From NCBI RefSeq assembly GCF_009914755.1, contig NC_060939.1: a stretch of 64,000 nucleotides of DNA. The stretch is one strand, 5' to 3'. This document shows, piece by piece, positions 1 through 15,599 of this stretch. Every line of letters begins with the position of its first letter. The stretch's first letter is position 1. Origin of the DNA: the human T2T-CHM13v2.0 reference genome, Homo sapiens. The notes under the pieces are model-generated. The model made no database searches. It was not told where the DNA came from and worked only from the letters and a program-made list of their open reading frames with translations. The position numbers and the translations under genes are program-made.

Positions 1-404
1 TGCTCCCCAAGCCACCTCCTGTCAGAGTGGTTGCTGGGAAAAACATCAGGTTTCCAAATGCTGAGTCAGGAGTGGAAAGTTTCCCAGAAAATGTACCAAA
101 TTTTTAGATTTGCATTTCTGATCTTTATAGGGAAGAAATATTTAGTTGCTGGTTTCCACTGGCACACATATGATGAATTTAGGGTGTAAGAAGCAAAATT
201 TCAAATAAGCATTGTTGCCTGACACATCATTTGTAAAGCTCGCGAGAGGAGACACTGACAGGTTTCACCCACAAGTTTTTAACCCACAGTACCTATTGTG
301 CACACAGGGAGATCCATATAGCCTGTGTAATGAAGGAGGGTGCTATGGAGGAGGCATGAATTCCTGTGTTTGCATCTCTCTCTCATTGAAAGTTTGGAAA
401 CCTG

Positions 405-655
405 ACTGAGGCTCTGGGATCAGACTTCCTCAGCTTGAATCCCAGATTTACCTCTTGCTAGCTTTGTGACCTTGGACATATTTTTTTAACCTCTCTGTAC
501 TTCAGTTTCCTCAACTATAAACCGGGTATTGTAATTGAGCCTACAAAAATCCTGGAGTGGTTGTAAAAACAAAATATGACACTGGGGATAAAAGGTTTAG
601 CATAGCTTAGTATTGTATAAGCTCAGTAAGAAGTTGCTTTTATTATTATTACTGT
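405..655 (+). mobile_element. MIR SINE relic
   Basis: MIR core-like 'gctagctttgtgaccttggacata...aacctctctgtacttcagtttcctcaactataaa' followed by a ttatta tail. Confidence 0.75.
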
Positions 656-786
656 TATTGTTTACATTTGGGTATAGGATATGGACAACTGTCACCTTCA
701 CACTTGCAAGAGGGGTGCACAAGGGTATTGTCAAGCAGGGGAAGAAGTTGGATCTTTAAAATGTGCTTGGCCATAGCAAGTCCCTG

Positions 787-788
<2 letters not shown>

Positions 789-832
<44 letters not shown>
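789..832. repeat. (TC)22 microsatellite
   Basis: Uninterrupted tc dinucleotide run. Confidence 0.98.
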
Positions 833-834
<2 letters not shown>

Positions 835-959
835 GTCTACTCTCATCAGATGTCTTCTGTGAAGTGGAGGGACTATTAGGCAGAGGCCACGCTGCAAACA
901 TTTCCAACTTATATCAAACTAGCCTAAGTGACCTCAGAGGAAGGAAAAGCAACAGAATC

Positions 960-1180
960 TCTAGGGAAGCCTCGACTGGCCCAGCTTGATCATGGGACCC
1001 TCCCCGGGCCAATCACAGTGGCAAAGGGAAGAGGGTACTTCTGTTGGCTATTGAACAAAACCTCACTGGGCAGTGGAGGGGAGCTCTTCAGGGGATGGGA
1101 ATGCTGTCCTGGAAGAGAGAGGACAGGTATGCTGCCAAGACAAAAACAACAGATGTTGGTCCTCCAACACTCACCCTCAG
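960..1180 (-). mobile_element. Old MaLR LTR fragment (MLT1K/L-like)
   Basis: 'actggcccagcttgatcatgggacc...ggccaatcacagtggcaaaggg...tgttggc' resembles old MLT1 LTRs; heavily diverged. Confidence 0.45.
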
Positions 1181-2044
1181 TACATAAAAATAAGCTGCTT
1201 TGGCCACACATGAGTACATCACTTTATTAATAACCAAATAACATTCTTTGTGATTAAAAAAATTGTTATATAAACCAACTTGGAAGCTTAAAACCAAAAG
1301 CAACAAAAAAGCATAGATATATATGCCTTATATATATATATTCTGCCAATAGGTATAAAACAAATTATATTTTAAAATATTAATCAGATCATTGTTAATT
1401 TTATAACTTTATTTTTTCAGCTTCATAGGCTTTTATTCTAAGTTGTGGTCATGTTAAATTTTCTGGTCCTATGGAGTTCCTTAAGCCGTTTTGTTTTTAT
1501 GTGGGAAGGGAGAAAACATTCCGCTACAGATATGGGATGCAAGTTGACAGAAACAAAATTTGTAAAGAGTGTGCTTCCATTTCTTGGTATACAATGCTTT
1601 CATAGCAAATTTGCAAATAATTTAATTTATCTTTTTGATGATTTGGGGTAAGGTGGTCATGTAATCCAGGCAACATGAGAATATTTCTTGTACCCTCTGT
1701 CAAATATTTATTAGTTGATTCCCTAAATATTTCTTGAGGTTCTACTATGTTATTTTTACCCATTTGAATGAAAGCTGTTGGAGTAGGAAGTACAAACAAG
1801 TCGGCACTGTTCCCAGTCTTGGAACTCTGATGACTCATTGGGTGGTCTCTTGACTTAAAACTTAATTCCAGACACCTGATGGCAATCAGACTGGATTTAA
1901 GCCAAAAAGCCAAACAGGTGAAGTAAGACATTTAAACTGTCGATGAATAAATGATGACCTCTTCAGGCAGAGGAGAGGCAGTATCTGGGAAGGGGAACAG
2001 CAAGGCTTTGGGGTGCTGGCCATGTCCTATTTCTTTTCTTTTAA

Positions 2045-2990
2045 TTTAATTTTAAAAACTATCTTACAGTCAAATTGACTTTTTTTCTTTCTTTTCTCCT
2101 TACTTTCCTTACAGTTCTATGAATTTCAACACATGTATTGCAGTGGTCTGGATCTGTGTCCCCGCCGAAATCTCATACCAAATTGTAATCCCCAGTGTTG
2201 GAGGTGGGGCTTGGTGGGAGGTGACTGGGTGATAGGGGTGGTTTCTCATGAACATTTTAGCACTATCCCTCTTGGTGCTCTCATGATAGTGAGTTCCCAT
2301 AAGCTCCGGTTGTCTAAAGTGTGTAGCACCTCCCTGCTCTCTCTTTCTTCTTCCTGCTCCAGCCGTGTGAAGTGCCTCGCTCCCCCTTTGCCTTCCGTCA
2401 TGATTGGAAGCTTCCTGAGGCCTCCCCAGAAGCAGAAGCCACTATACTTCCCATATGGCCTGCAAAACTATGAGCCAATTAAACCTATTTTCTTTCTACC
2501 TTACCCAGTCTCAGGTATTTCTTTACAGCAGTGTGAGAATGGACTAATACATATATATATTTGTATCATCATCACCCACACACAGGGGTTTTGGGTTCCA
2601 TCAGCCAAAGAAATTCCCTCCTGCTGGCCTTTACAACACACCCTCTCCCACCCCTTAACCCCGGCAATTACTGATCTTTTCTCCACCACTAGAGTTTTGT
2701 CTTTTCAAGAACATCACTTAAATGGAATCCTATGGTGTGTGACCTTTTGAGACAGGCTTCTTTCACCTCCCATAATCACTTTAATATTCTTCCAATATTA
2801 ACAGTTTGTTCAGTTTTATCACTGAGCAGTGTTCCATGGTATGGACATACCACAGCTTGTTTATTCATGCAGTAGTTGAAGAACATTGGTGATCACGAAG
2901 AGCTACTATAAGTAAGCACGTATTAGTTTTTGTGAAAACATGTTCCATTTCTTGAGCTGGGTAGTGGGTAGACATGTAAGTTTGCCTTGC
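2045..2990 (-). mobile_element. Old L1M (L1MC/ME-like) 3' region, interrupted by MSTA
   Basis: 'acagttctatgaatttcaacacatgta' and 'aaatggaatcctatggtgtgtgaccttttgagacaggcttctttcac' are typical antisense L1M 3' UTR motifs. Confidence 0.7.
2139..2551 (+). mobile_element. MSTA-type MaLR solo LTR
   Basis: TG...CA ends, 'ggatctgtgtcccc...aaatctcat...gtaatccccagtgttggaggtgggg' start, 'ggactaataca' end; 5-bp TSD tgtat/tatat (1 mismatch). Confidence 0.9.
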
Positions 2991-3315
2991 GATTAGTCAT
3001 TGAGCTGTACCTTTTTGTCCTCTTGCCCTTTTCCCTATGCATGTTGTATTTTACAGTAAAAGGGGTTTTTAAATATTGAGTCTGGTAAATAGGAGAAAAT
3101 TTTCTGTTGTAGGAAACGTTTGAAAAATAAACTTTCATTTGACCTTAGAATAGCCTCGTAGACTTATATAATTCTGACAAAGACCTTCCCATCCTCTTGA
3201 CTAAAAAGAAGACAGATGTGAAAGGACTATCAGTTATTATGACAGGTCTTTATCTTTGCTGATTGTGACAGAAGCTTCTGAGGCCTCTGCTGAAAAGACT
3301 GACAATGATCAAAGC

Positions 3316-3607
3316 TTTTTTTTTTGAGATGAAGTTTCATTCTGTCACCCAGGCTGAAGTGCAACGGCACGATCTCGGCTCACGGCAACCTCCGCCCCCT
3401 GGGTTCAAGTAATTCTCCTGCCTCAGCCTCCTGAGTAGCTGGGATTACAGGCAATCGCCACCACACCTGGTTAATGTTTGTATTTTCAGTACAGATGAGG
3501 TTTCACCATGTTGGCCAGGCTGGTCTCAAACTCCTGACCTCAGGTGATCCGCCTGCCTCAGCCTCCCAAAAGTGCTGGGATTACAGATGTGAGTCACTGC
3601 CCCAGAC
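3316..3607 (-). mobile_element. AluS (Sx-like)
   Basis: Full dimer with poly(T) first; TSD tgatcaaagc at 3306-3315 and 3608-3617. Confidence 0.95.
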
Positions 3608-4729
3608 TGATCAAAGCACTTTCATAGCAGCTCTGGACTTACCGGTAAAACTGATGTATGATCTCTTTGAGCATTATAATTACCCAAATGGGCTATATTC
3701 TATTCCAATAACCTGAGAAGTAATTAATAAAAGAGGGACAGCTTTTGGCAGAAGTAGAGGAAATATGAATTGTATGAAGTAATACAGTGACCCATGACCA
3801 TATTAACTTTTTAATTAGTGGTGTATAATTTGATCTTACAACTGCTCAGCCATTTAGGAATTAGGGAGGAAGGACTTAGGTTACCATGCAACTGACTGGA
3901 TGATTTATTTCCTGTAGGCCATTGGAGTAGAGCATAGATGTCCTTTCACATTTATGGTATTTGCCCCACTCCATTGTCATAAAAGAACAAAGCCAAGTCA
4001 AAATGTGTTTAATAGGGCCATGATGCCATACCAGATATTAAAGAAAATCTAACTTAAGTTGTTATCTATTCAAGTACGATTTTGTTTCTGAACTAATATA
4101 ATGAATACCATACTCACCCCAAAATGCAATAACCTATTCAGTGGTTGTGACTTATACAATTGAAATGTCCAGATCACCTTTCTCAGCCCACAGGCCAAAG
4201 CCTACATGTTGGCTATGCTAGCTTCAAGTCACTTCTGTGGCCAGCTTCCTTTTGGGGACATGCAGAGGAAAGCTACTGTAGAGTTCCCTGAAGAAGTCAC
4301 CTCTTCAGCATCTGAAGACGGGTTTAATGGCGCAAGAGTCACTGACAGACTGGCAAGTTTCCATGCATTTGGGGGCAGAGTGGCCTGTTGAGACTGGGTG
4401 CTCATTGCAAAGAGATGGGAGGAGCTGAGACTCACCATTGGTGGCAATAGAGGTCACTTTAAGTTCTTGACCAGGGGGAATAAAATGATGAAAGACATAG
4501 AATGTCAATAAGAAACCCTTTGTCTCAAGTAATCTTGGCTTCTTAAGCAAGGGAAGAAAGATATTTGTTTCCAAATGCAAGCCCTTGTATTTGGTATAGT
4601 GAAATGCTACTTGGATTTTTTTTTCATTTTTTTGAAAAAAGGGGATGAAGATTTTAAAAGTGAGATACTGGTTAAGTAAGATGAAATCTATGTTTTGTTT
4701 GTCTCCCTTAGTCATTCCATGGAAGAAAT

Positions 4730-5213
4730 GAATGTTTGCCTGTCTGTAACCACCTGGCATCCAAACTGTATTTCTATGTTTCAGAATTTCTTTGAGTCTG
4801 AGATTTAGCAGGACTCAAAGCTCAGCTCTCCTCACAGAAGCTGAAAAGGCCAAACTCATTTCCCTGTTACTAGTGCAGGAGCCCAGGACCTAGCTTGGCC
4901 AATCAAATGTCCACAGATATAAACTCAGAGAAGTAGGGGCAGTGGCAGTGGTATGAGACTTCGTGCTTAATGTTAGCTGCATCCATCAGCATCCTCCATT
5001 CAGCAGTCAACGATCCATGGGGCTGGCTGACTGCTAAATGTGCTCTCGTTCCAACTACATAGACTCCCATTGTTTCCCCCATTTTCCAAGCCTGGTCCTC
5101 CAGCCTTCTTAGAGATCCCATAAGAAACTAAAATCTTGTCAATAAATTTATTTTCTGCTTAAATGACTAGAATCAGTTTCAATTGCTTACAATCAAGAAC
5201 CTTGACTAGTACA
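4730..5213 (+). mobile_element. ERVL LTR (LTR33-like)
   Basis: 3' end 'aataaatttattttctgcttaaatgactagaatcagtttcaattgcttacaatcaagaaccttgactagtaca' is characteristic of the LTR33 group. Confidence 0.7.
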
Positions 5214-6033
5214 GTGAAAGATCCCACACCAACCCTCCTAAGGGCTTCTGCATGTTTTGCTCATCTTTCTGTGATGGGGACAACTTTATTAGTGTACTTT
5301 AATCATGAGACTAGTGTTGAAGAGCTCCTAGAGAAAAATATGATGATTGCATTTATGTTAAAGGACTAATTAAAGCTATCAATTTTTTTCTTATTACAAG
5401 TTTATAGTCTTCCCCTAAGAAGGGCACATCCTGTGTGCACTATCAGCTGAAAAATAAAAAGAGCTCACCAGGAAATTACTTGGAGAAAATGCTCAGTAGA
5501 CACTCTAAAAAATAATGTATCTTCCAACTGGCCTCCAGATAACACTGAGTCTCTTAAATGCAAGAGGTTACAACATCCCTGCAAGATGCAGATTCCAAAG
5601 CTGTTATGTTATGTAGAAGGAAATAATGCAAAGCCGTATTTTTTAAGTGTCTAAGTTGCCTGTATCTCTCTTCAAATCCTCATATCTCATACAATTATGA
5701 GAAGTACATAATTGGAGATTTATGTACTTCAGTTGAAGTACACAACTGAAGAACAGTTCAATCCCTATTGTAAAACCATCTGCATTAAGGTTAGGCACAT
5801 TATCTAACCTTAAGTTATTGATGCAAAAGCAGAAGTCAGGGTAACTTAAATTATGAGTTTCTCAAGTGGTCATTTCTCAATCCTTTTATATTTTCCTCTC
5901 AGTGGGGAACATCGAGCCCTACATGTAATAGGTGATTAATGAGTACTTATTAATTTAATTTAGAGTCAAACTGATTAGTCATCAACGATCAGGATATAGC
6001 ATTGGCCTGAATTATATCATACGAATAGACATG

Positions 6034-6230
6034 GTCAGGGCTGCCTTTATGGTTGGGCAGATTGTGCAGTGGGGGAAGAGGAGTGGGGCAAGGATACTCA
6101 CAGTATAGGCAGGATAAATCTGTCGACTTCTTATGACAGTATCAGTGTATTATGGTATTTTCCTGCAGAAGTGTCTAGGATGGAATACCTTTTAGTATTT
6201 CACATGAAGGCACTGTCACCACGTAGGGGC
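6034..6230. mobile_element. hAT-Tip100 relic (ORSL/MER91-like)
   Basis: 'cagggctgcctttatggttgggcagattgtgcagt' terminus and 'aagtgtct...taccttttagtatttcacatgaaggcactg'. Confidence 0.45.
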
Positions 6231-7295
6231 TGACAGAAGCCTGGGTAGCACCTGGATAAAGGAATTGATGGACAGGCACTGAATCTTAAAGAGATCTTGA
6301 GCCCTTAAATTACTGGCAGGGGGGCAGGGCAGCAAGAAAATTCCTGCTTTAATAAACTTGTAAACCTGTGATGAAAGGTTGAGGAGTCAACATGTTACAT
6401 CAGCTCAATGGGATACATGATAAAAACAAAACAAAAACCTCTGCTTCTGATTCTCTCTAGCTCATGTTCTTGTCAGTGAACTCCGTGCTACTTGATACTA
6501 AAGGGAGGGGGTAGGTGATTAAGTGCGCTTTTAAGGACGTGCAGAACCACAGCAGCAGAGTCACGTCCCAGGAAAGCCATATCAGCAAGGCCCAGGGCAA
6601 CAGCCATCAGCTCAGCCCCGGGGTTGTACATGGCATGAGAGAATGGAGGGGAGAGGGACTGTGTATGGAACAGTTGATTAGATAATGTTGTGGCTTAAAG
6701 CAATGATTCTCAATGGACCGATATCCTATCTCAGAGGGCCTCTTGGTAATCTGAGGGGGAGTTTTTGTTCAGCACAATGATTATAGGAACACTGCGCACA
6801 TTTGGTGGGTAGACTAAGGATGCCGAACAACCTGCGGTGGGCAGGACAGTTCCGTACAGCAAAGGATTTTCTCAAGTCTGGCATGACTTTCGAATGTTCA
6901 AGCAGGTATTCACATGGTGGAAAAACCTTTTTTATAATTATTTATGAGCCTAGAATTGAACTCTGTTTCATGTATCACATGAAGTAGTTTTTGCATTGTT
7001 TTAATATATATGCTGATTTTCCAAGAATGTAACTACCATGCCAATCTAGGGAAGTCTGTTCTTTGTTTGAAAATGTATGAAGAGTTGTTCATCATAGCCA
7101 AGAATCATGCCATGTGTTTTGGGCTGCACACACCTGTGTTAGTTTGTACGTGTAGCTGTCCCATGTAAAAATGTAGCAAATGTTTGAGTCACCTTTTAGC
7201 AAATTCTTTAGCAGATTTAGATCCAGCTATTATTAAAATACAGATGTACAATAAGTGTAAGAATCTTATTGCATTTCATTAATAAAATCTTTTTT

Positions 7296-7583
7296 GGCTG
7301 GGCTCAGTGGCTCAGGCCTGTAATCCCAGCACTTTGGGAGGCCGAGGCAGGTGGATCACATTAGGCTAGGAGTTCGAAACCAGCCTGACCAACATGGCGA
7401 AACACCATCTCTACTAAAAATACAAAAATTAGCCAGGGGTGGTAGTGCATGCCTGTAATCCCAGCTACTCTGGGGCTGAGGCATGAGAATCACTTGAGCC
7501 CGGGAGGCAGAGGTTGTAGTGAGCCGAGATCGTGCCACTGCCCTCCAGCCTGAGACAGTCTTGCTCTGTCTCAAAAAAAAAAA
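7296..7583 (+). mobile_element. AluS
   Basis: ggctgggctcagtggctca... dimer with A-rich linker and poly(A) tail. Confidence 0.95.
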
Positions 7584-8088
7584 GCTTTTTATATCTAAAA
7601 TTTTGCTATGACTTTTTTCTAATTTTTAGAACAATGATAAGAAATTTAGCATTGAAATCATACATTTATTTAAGGGTTGCCTGTCATTTTTCCATCTTTT
7701 TCTACTAATGATGTTTGATGTCTACTCCATGCCCTTATGAGTGATTGTTCCTTTCTAGCCAATCCCTAATTCTGCATAATGTACTGAAATATATATGTGC
7801 GTGTGTTTCAACATAAGAAATGTGTTTCCATAAAATTTTGTTGCTCCTTAGTACATGTTATAACAAAGGCAACAATGGACACTGCACTTATAAATCAGTC
7901 CCAGCTCATTAGTGAGAATATGTCACGCTTTCTCATTTTCTCCACTCTATCAGTATGTAGTTTATCTTGGTATGTTATCCCTCCTTCAATTAAGTACTTC
8001 CCACTTTCTCTTATGATGCATAAAATAACTGGTTATCACTCATCCTAACACTAGTTTCTATTTTCGTGTCCTCCCTGGGTACCATTGA

Positions 8089-8414
<326 letters not shown>

Positions 8415-8648
8415 CTCATCTTTTTTATTTTATTTTTTTTTGCTTAAAGCCCAACTTATTTATTATGCACAGCTGCAACCATCTGACCAATTCATTATGT
8501 CTTCTAGTGAAATCATACTTTATCATTTAAATATTGGGTTAAACTTTATCATTATTACCTTTATCTTATTTCTCCACTACATTATAGCTATGGTATTATA
8601 TTGATTTTTAAAAAGTTACGTGTGCGTGTAGGCTTTCTTATCTATGAA

Positions 8649-9155
<507 letters not shown>

Positions 9156-9461
9156 TAGAGGGTTTTCTTCCTTCCCCATTGTAGAAAGGTGAGCTAGCTC
9201 TGCGCTCTAGGCAGAGCCTGAGTTCACTGCACAGTGTCAGACCTGAAAAGGAGTCATGATGCTGCTGTAGACAAAGATCACTCAAGATCCAGAGCCTTTA
9301 TTCTATATCACATCTGCCTGTCAGTGGCTTCTCCCTTTATTGATTGTTTCCCTTGCACTCTGCCATAGCTATCTGTCTTCAGGTAAACACGTAGGAAGGT
9401 GTTCAGCTGCACCTAACTGGGATTCAGAGAATGGCTCTGGGCAGGTGTCCCACCACCCCAC

Positions 9462-9960
9462 TGTATTAACCAGGGTCTAACCAGGAAAATAGAAATGATT
9501 CTGAGTATTTAAAACCAAGAGAACTTACTACAGGGGACAAATTACTTAGGTGTTGGGAAAGCAAGGAGCCAATAGGGTGTGAGGAGGCAACTCAGAGATT
9601 AGCAGCAGCAGACAACCAGTATTCCCCCAGACCATGGACAAAAGGGAGAAATTGGAACTGTAGGGGGCCTGTGCCACAGGAGCTGGAGCCACAGAAAAAA
9701 TATAGCTGCTGCTGGAGATGCCCACTGACCCATCAGTAGCAACCAGCAGACGTGGAAGCCTGGGAAACATGTCCTGTAGGATCAGCTTCCCTTCCCTGTC
9801 CCCCTATGCTGATCCCTACACCCCTTCTCCCTGATACAGAGCTGTGAAGAAGAAGAGGACCAGCAAACCCAGGAGGGGTAAACCCTCCCTGCTATCCTGT
9901 TGCATTTGCTGATAACCATTGGGGGAAGGAATTCTGGGAGAAGGAGGAAGAGAGGAGACA
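9462..9960 (-). mobile_element. ERVL LTR (LTR41/LTR50-like)
   Basis: 'tgtattaaccagggtctaaccaggaaaatagaaa...gaggcaactcagagattagcagcagcag' antisense ERVL LTR pattern. Confidence 0.55.
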
Positions 9961-9989
9961 ACAGTTGGAGATGGCAAGTTATCAACCCT

Positions 9990-10130
9990 TTAATTTTCTT
10001 AATTTTTTATAGAGATGTACATGGTCTTGCTAAGTTGCCCAGGCTGGCCTTGAACGCCTGGCCTTCAGCAATCCTCCCACCTCAGCCTCCAGAGTAGCTG
10101 GGACTACAGGTGTGAGCCACTGCACTCAGC
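9990..10130 (-). mobile_element. FLAM (free left Alu monomer)
   Basis: Single ~135-bp monomer 'gttgcccaggctggccttgaac...gagtagctgggactacaggtgtgagccac'. Confidence 0.85.
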
Positions 10131-10874
10131 AGTTTACCAACTCTTTAAATTATGGAATGTATATGCCAGGGAGGGGATTTGGCTTAGATTTTCTATGACT
10201 TGGTGTTACTTTCTCAGAAAACAGAGCTATGGATTGGCCCTTGTTGACTATATTTGATGGAATTTCCTCCAAGCCTGCAAAATAGAGGACACCTTTCTCT
10301 GGTTTCAGAGCTGGTGCAGATTGTCTATTTTTGTCTTCTTTAGATCATTTGAGTTCGTTTCCGGGCAGCATGGGCAGTGGCACATCTATTCTTTTACATC
10401 TTTCTTTTCTAGTTTTCTTCCAAAAGATCCAGCTCTTTGTGTGTGTAGGACAAATTTCCAAACAACCACGTCCAAAAGGCTCAAATCTCTTGCAAACCTA
10501 AATCAACAGATTTTTAAGAGCACCCTAACTATTCTTTTGTTAAAATGCTGTGCTTTTACTTTGTTAGTAAAATGTTTGGCATAAGGAAAACATAGTTAGG
10601 TCTAGAGTTAGATATTTGCATCATATTTGGTATGATGATGAACATACCGATGAATAGTTTTAAACCTTAGATTCCTCAAGGCTAAAATAGGGATATTAAA
10701 GCTTACCTTGAAACAAACTATGTGAAGCATCTTCCACCCCATCAGGGATGAAATAAGTATCCAACAAATAGTAAGCATTATTACCAAAATGAGCCATGGA
10801 CCGTATTTAATTTTCACTGAAATATTTATGACAATTGATGAAGACAAACATATAGCAAAACCATCTTAAAAACA

Positions 10875-11100
10875 GAGGAGTCCTCAAACTCAGTAGCTTT
10901 TTATTTTTTTCTTACTGTAATCCACAGTAAGTATTATATCACAATACATTTCATATGTGAGACTAAAACAAAAGTTACTAAAAACATCCCTTACCCTTAC
11001 TGGATAAGATGGACATATATTTTTTTCTATGCCATTATGCTCCCTTTTACTTAAAAAAAATTCTGCTCATGATCCAATATGCTCCATATGAGTGGAAAAT
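10875..11100 (+). mobile_element. hAT-Charlie relic (Charlie4a-like)
   Basis: 'cacagtaag...actaaaacaaaagttactaaaaacatcccttacccttact'. Confidence 0.55.
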
Positions 11101-11742
11101 TCCAACTCATTAGATTCTTTTTATAAAATGTGTTTAGAAGAAAGTCTGCCTAATTCACTGACGTCAGAGGAAGTCAGGCAGCCGTGGACAGCTCAAAAAG
11201 AAGTGATTGCTCTCCAGGAGCTTAAGATGAATGTAAACCCCAACCTTAGCTACATTTATGGGGTTTTACCACCAGAACACACGTTCTAAATTACCCTTTA
11301 CAACTTCTTGCCATGTGGTAACATTTCGGAAACCTCTGAGGAGTCCCACTGACACAGACTTGTCTCCGACTGAGTCATTAAAAGTGGCATATGTCCCAAC
11401 TTCTCTACTGACGACATCCAGGAAAGCATTAGTGATTTTTCTATTTTAAGCCATGAAGGATGTGCCTTTGAATTCTGAGGCTATTTCTGAGCCATCTAAT
11501 CGCCAGTGGGTTTGGTGCAATAGGTAGGCACTTAGTGAAATCACATTATAAAGTGAGTTACTCAAATATTTAATCAGCTGTGCATACAGTCCAGCCACAT
11601 GGTTCCTTCTGTATAGAGTTTTATCCCCCAGGGCTAGGAGTTGCTATGTGTCACAGCTTTCCTGTCAAACATGAAAAAAACTGGGTTTGGGAGACGAACA
11701 TGGGTTCCAGAAATGTCCTCCTCTTAACATACAAAAGATTGA

Positions 11743-13366
<1,624 letters not shown>

Positions 13367-13459
13367 AAGATTCTTGGGCCAAGAGTCCAAAAGTCATGAA
13401 TTCTTGCCATACCTGTCCTGAACAGTTTGCTGGGAAATGTCAATCTTTTCCTTTGAATC

Positions 13460-13780
13460 ACTTATTCAGAGGGAAGAGCACATACTCTGCACCAAGCATG
13501 TGTTAAGAGCTTTCATAAAAAGTAAAATAATTTTTCCAAAGATATCCAGTCAGCCAGTGAAAGAACTGAGATTCCAAACCTAAGTCTGTCTAGCTTACTT
13601 TAAGTGCCTGTTATATGCCAGACATTAATGGGGGGAATGCAATATAAGCAATACCTTTTGAAGTAGTTTGAAGTCTATTTGGGAAATAGATCTATAAATA
13701 TGTACTGACAGAGACTGAGAAAAGGGTTATCGTGATTGGAATGTACAAAGTACCATGAGAGCTCATAAGACTGAATGATC
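13460..13780 (-). mobile_element. MIR and L2 fragments
   Basis: 'gaactgagattccaaacctaagtctgtct' (MIR) then 'taagtgcctgttatatgccagaca...tacaaagtaccatgagagc' (L2). Confidence 0.5.
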
Positions 13781-14783
13781 AAGTGTGTCTTTTTATGATA
13801 TCCATACATAGATGGGGATTCCCAGTTTCATAAAGGTTTAAGAAGCAGAATCTATAAAAATTATAAGTCAAACACCCATTGAATATACAATTTTTTTTTT
13901 GGTAATGAAATCCTAGTATTTTAAAACCTTGCCTTTTAAGAAGAATCTTCCTAACTCAAATATTCTATGCACTAAATGTGACTTGAAGTAATGGGCCATT
14001 GGTTCATGTTTCTAAGTCTTTTTGGTTATAGAGAGACCTGGTTGTTTTGCCCTTGGCTGGATCTATCATTTACTCTTAAAGGCCAAGAAACTGGATGCCT
14101 TCCCCTTTCTAAGAGAATCAAATTCTGCTTTTCATGCATCTTCCTTGGTTCTCCTCTGTTTCCTTTGGTGCTAACTTTGACATCTGTCAACCTAATAATG
14201 GGACATAAATTCCCTTCCTACATACATTACAAAGATAGCTAAATTTAGCCCAATTTTCTCCTTCTCTCCAAAACAGCTCTTATAGTCCCTTAAACACTTT
14301 TTATACTTTATCAGACCTCACACCTTCTCGGGAGAGAGCAAGTGTCTCTTCTCCAAAAATTTCAGCAAAAGACAAATTGAGTATCCTGGACTCTAACTGA
14401 ATCCCATGGCCATTCTAGAACCAACCATCATAGCCAGGAGGGATGTAACATATCACTGGTCTTGGGTATGGGACATGTGCTCCCACCTGAATTTCAGAGG
14501 TCAGTCCTACCCAACTGTCTGGGGTAACAATGGAGGATAAGAGCAAAGACTGAAACTACTGTCACCTGAAATAGAATGAATAGATGCTGGCTGCTCCAAA
14601 GCTATTATCATGAGAACGGAAGACCCTTCCTAGGAATTGCAGAAATCTTGTGGAGGGTATTTTATTTTTTACATGACCTAGAACAGGAATTTGAGCCAAA
14701 ATCTCATATAGACCTTGAGAGGCATGGAAGTATCATCTAATATGTAGCTTACATAGGGGAACTACATGAAATGAAAATGAGAT

Positions 14784-15578
14784 AAGAAGTAGATTTACCA
14801 TGAAGATAATGAAGCCTACACTTCCCTTATTTGACAGCAATCCTAAAAATGTTACATGGCATTACCAATAATGAGTTATGATACTGAGAGTTTTCTAAAC
14901 TATAAATAACAAAAAAATTTTGGCCAGGCCCAGTGGCTCACGCCTGTAATCCCAGCACTTTGGGAGGCCGAGGTGGGTGGATAACCTGAGGTCAGGAGTT
15001 TGAAACCAGCCTGACCAACATGGAGAAACCTCGTCTCTACTAAAAATGCAAAATTAGCTGGGTGTGGTGGCGCATGCCTGTAATCCCAGCTACGGCTGAG
15101 GCAGGAGAATTGCTTGAACCCAGGACGTGGGGGTTGTGGTGAGCTGAGATCGTGTCATTGCATTCCAGTCTGAGCAACAAGTGTGAAACTCTGTCTCAAA
15201 AAAATAATAATAATTTTTTTCCAATCATTCCTACCAAAGGAAAGACTTTTTATCCTCTCTTTCAAAAACAACATTATAAAATCATTGTCATATAAGAATG
15301 TAATCAAATAATATGCAGCCAAAAATGGGGAAAGTACCACAGAGGTGCTAATTAATTAATAAAAATGTGCTATTTTCCTAAATTTTGTCATGTTTGTGGT
15401 ATTTCTCAGCTCTTTCTAATCTGTAATTTATGACCTCTTTTCTCATTCTAACTAAATATTCACATTTGTACTTAATTTTGTATGTGTAATTCTGTGTGTT
15501 TTATTGTTGCTGTTATTTTTAGAGAGACAACCAAAATTGTATAAGCTGTAGGCCTTACAAAACCCGCAGGCATCCCTG
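14784..15578 (+). mobile_element. hAT-Tip100 Zaphod/MER115-like, internally deleted, Alu inserted
   Basis: 5' 'agaagtagatttaccatgaagataatgaagc' and 3' 'aaattgtataagctgtaggccttacaaaacc...ccctg' termini. Confidence 0.7.
14922..15213 (+). mobile_element. AluSp/Sq
   Basis: 'gaccaacatggagaaacc' and 'gcaacaagtgtgaaactc'; ~7-nt deletion in the right arm (cccagctac^ggctgagg). Confidence 0.93.
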
Positions 15579-15599
15579 GATTCTACCTTTTTGGCAGTG

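Noticed and set aside
2133-2750. 205-aa ORF
   Set aside because: Lies within an MSTA LTR and antisense L1M; non-ATG start and no protein-like features
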